Assembly: GCA_036517235.1 (NCBI GenBank) | Contig: DATDXL010000001.1 | Span: 1 to 42,083, forward strand | Reading direction: 5' to 3' | DNA from: Minisyncoccota bacterium | GTDB lineage: Bacteria; Patescibacteriota; Minisyncoccia; Phycocordibacterales; DSPV01 | DNA length: 42,083 nucleotides | Part shown: one piece after another, positions 41,492-42,083 of the stretch | Numbering within the stretch: the stretch's first letter is position 1 | Layout: each line of letters begins with the position of its first letter | The notes under the pieces: model-generated | Databases searched by the model: none | The model's input: only the letters and a program-made list of their open reading frames with translations | What the model was told of the DNA's origin: nothing | Translations under genes and position numbers: made by a program

Positions 41492-42083
41492 TTAAGAAGG
41501 AAGGTAAACTGTGGGACGAAACCGCACGAAATCACAGGCATGGCCCAGAGACCAGCCGTCGACCTTCACCCCGCCATCGCCGAAGTCCACGCGCGGCACG
41601 CCACCGTCTGCGGTTTCCGATTCGGCGCACATTGTCACCACCGCTCGATCCAGGAGCTTCTTGGAAGCGTTCTCCAAAAACACATCGGCGCCGAGCACCA
41701 GGCGAACCGGCAAGGTAGTCGTCCGGAGCCCAAACGGGGCAAGGGAGCGCACCGTGCGAGTGTTTACGTTGACGCCACCAAGTTTGCCGAACGGCGCTTC
41801 GTCATCATCCGCAACCCAGCAGCCGAAAGTACCGGTGACGTTGTGCTTTGGCACCGCTTCGTCCAAACTGGTGCTTCCGGAAAATTTCCAATGGTTGCAA
41901 GTGCCAGCCATCAGTTTTTCGTTGGCGCGGTAGAGAAGCTCCGAAGAGTTTCCTTTTTCGTGCATAACAATCAGGCGGGCTTTGAAGTGAGTTGGTGGCT
42001 TCGGAATCGGCAGTGCGGCAAAATCGGTATTGGTGCCATAGACCGTCTTCCACCGTCCTTCCCAGTGCTTCGCCAGCTCTGAT
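41492..42083 (-). CDS. DGR target protein, 5'-truncated by the window edge, with a C-terminal variable region
   Basis: The frame stays open from the window end to the TAA at 41492-41494, with no stop upstream of the listed Met. The last ~35 aa (ADGGVPRVDFGDGGVKVDGWSLGHACDFVRFRP) are encoded by the VR. Confidence 0.8.
   Translation of the reverse strand, partial: SELAKHWEGRWKTVYGTNTDFAALPIPKPPTHFKARLIVMHEKGNSSELLYRANEKLMAGTCNHWKFSGSTSLDEAVPKHNVTGTFGCWVADDDEAPFGKLGGVNVNTRTVRSLAPFGLRTTTLPVRLVLGADVFLENASKKLLDRAVVTMCAESETADGGVPRVDFGDGGVKVDGWSLGHACDFVRFRPTVYLPS
41507..41612 (-). repeat. DGR variable repeat (VR)
   Basis: It matches the TR at 80 of 100 positions (41513-41612). Substitutions occur only opposite TR adenines. 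It ends 15-20 nt before the target stop codon. Confidence 0.9.

Larger units (their letters stand above)
39810..42083 (-). mobile_element. Diversity-generating retroelement cassette (target-VR, TR, inverted avd, RT)
   Basis: See the component features. The RT has a DGR-type motif, there is an Avd-like gene, and the TR/VR pair shows adenine-specific mismatches. Confidence 0.9.

Noticed and set aside
41540-42082. 180-aa plus-strand ORF and other overlapping ORFs (41476..41718, 41511..41933)
   Set aside because: These are shadow ORFs on the opposite strand or other frames of the GC-richer DGR target gene. The minus-strand frame is the one that carries the VR in register with the TR codons.

Overview
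This 42-kb chromosomal segment looks like a small-genome Patescibacteria/CPR-type bacterium. That assignment is an inference from gene content: compact housekeeping genes, type IV pilus and ComEC DNA-uptake genes, and many short lineage-specific membrane ORFs. Core genes recognised from their translations:
- rpsL-rpsG and fusA, separated by a 2.5-kb accessory islet that holds a RelE/ParD-type toxin-antitoxin pair
- pncB, a LOG-family gene, a site-2 protease, rpmB, yhhQ and a cofE-like gene
- ComEC encoded as two separate genes
- an Fe/Mn-type SOD, RNase HI with a C-terminal hybrid-binding domain, recJ and a HIT gene
- tpiA-pgk, a pilB-pilC-pseudopilin operon, nusA, the membrane pyrophosphatase hppA, and a short trigger factor

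The stand-out is a complete diversity-generating retroelement (DGR) at the right edge. It has an RT (39810-40811, minus), an Avd-like four-helix-bundle gene (40837-41151, plus, inverted relative to the rest), a template repeat (41171-41276) and a variable repeat (41507-41612). The variable repeat lies at the 3' end of a target gene that runs off the window. TR and VR align without gaps over 100 bp with 20 mismatches, all at TR adenines.

Other non-routine signals:
- A synonymous-only diverged duplicate of the last 29 codons of hppA lies 128 bp downstream of the intact gene.
- Three perfect palindromes share a 14-bp core. Two bracket a TrpR-like regulator gene and one lies inside the DGR RT gene.
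- A G9 tract sits at codons 3-6 of the RT.
- A two-copy inverted-repeat element has ATGCCAAAAT arms. One copy supplies the start of a pilin gene, and it carries a nested GC-rich palindrome.
- A diverged intergenic repeat family lies between rpsG and fusA.
- A second small regulator gene is bracketed by 22-bp inverted repeats.

I saw no rRNA gene, tRNA gene or CRISPR array. All calls come from reading the sequence and the ORF translations. No database search was run.
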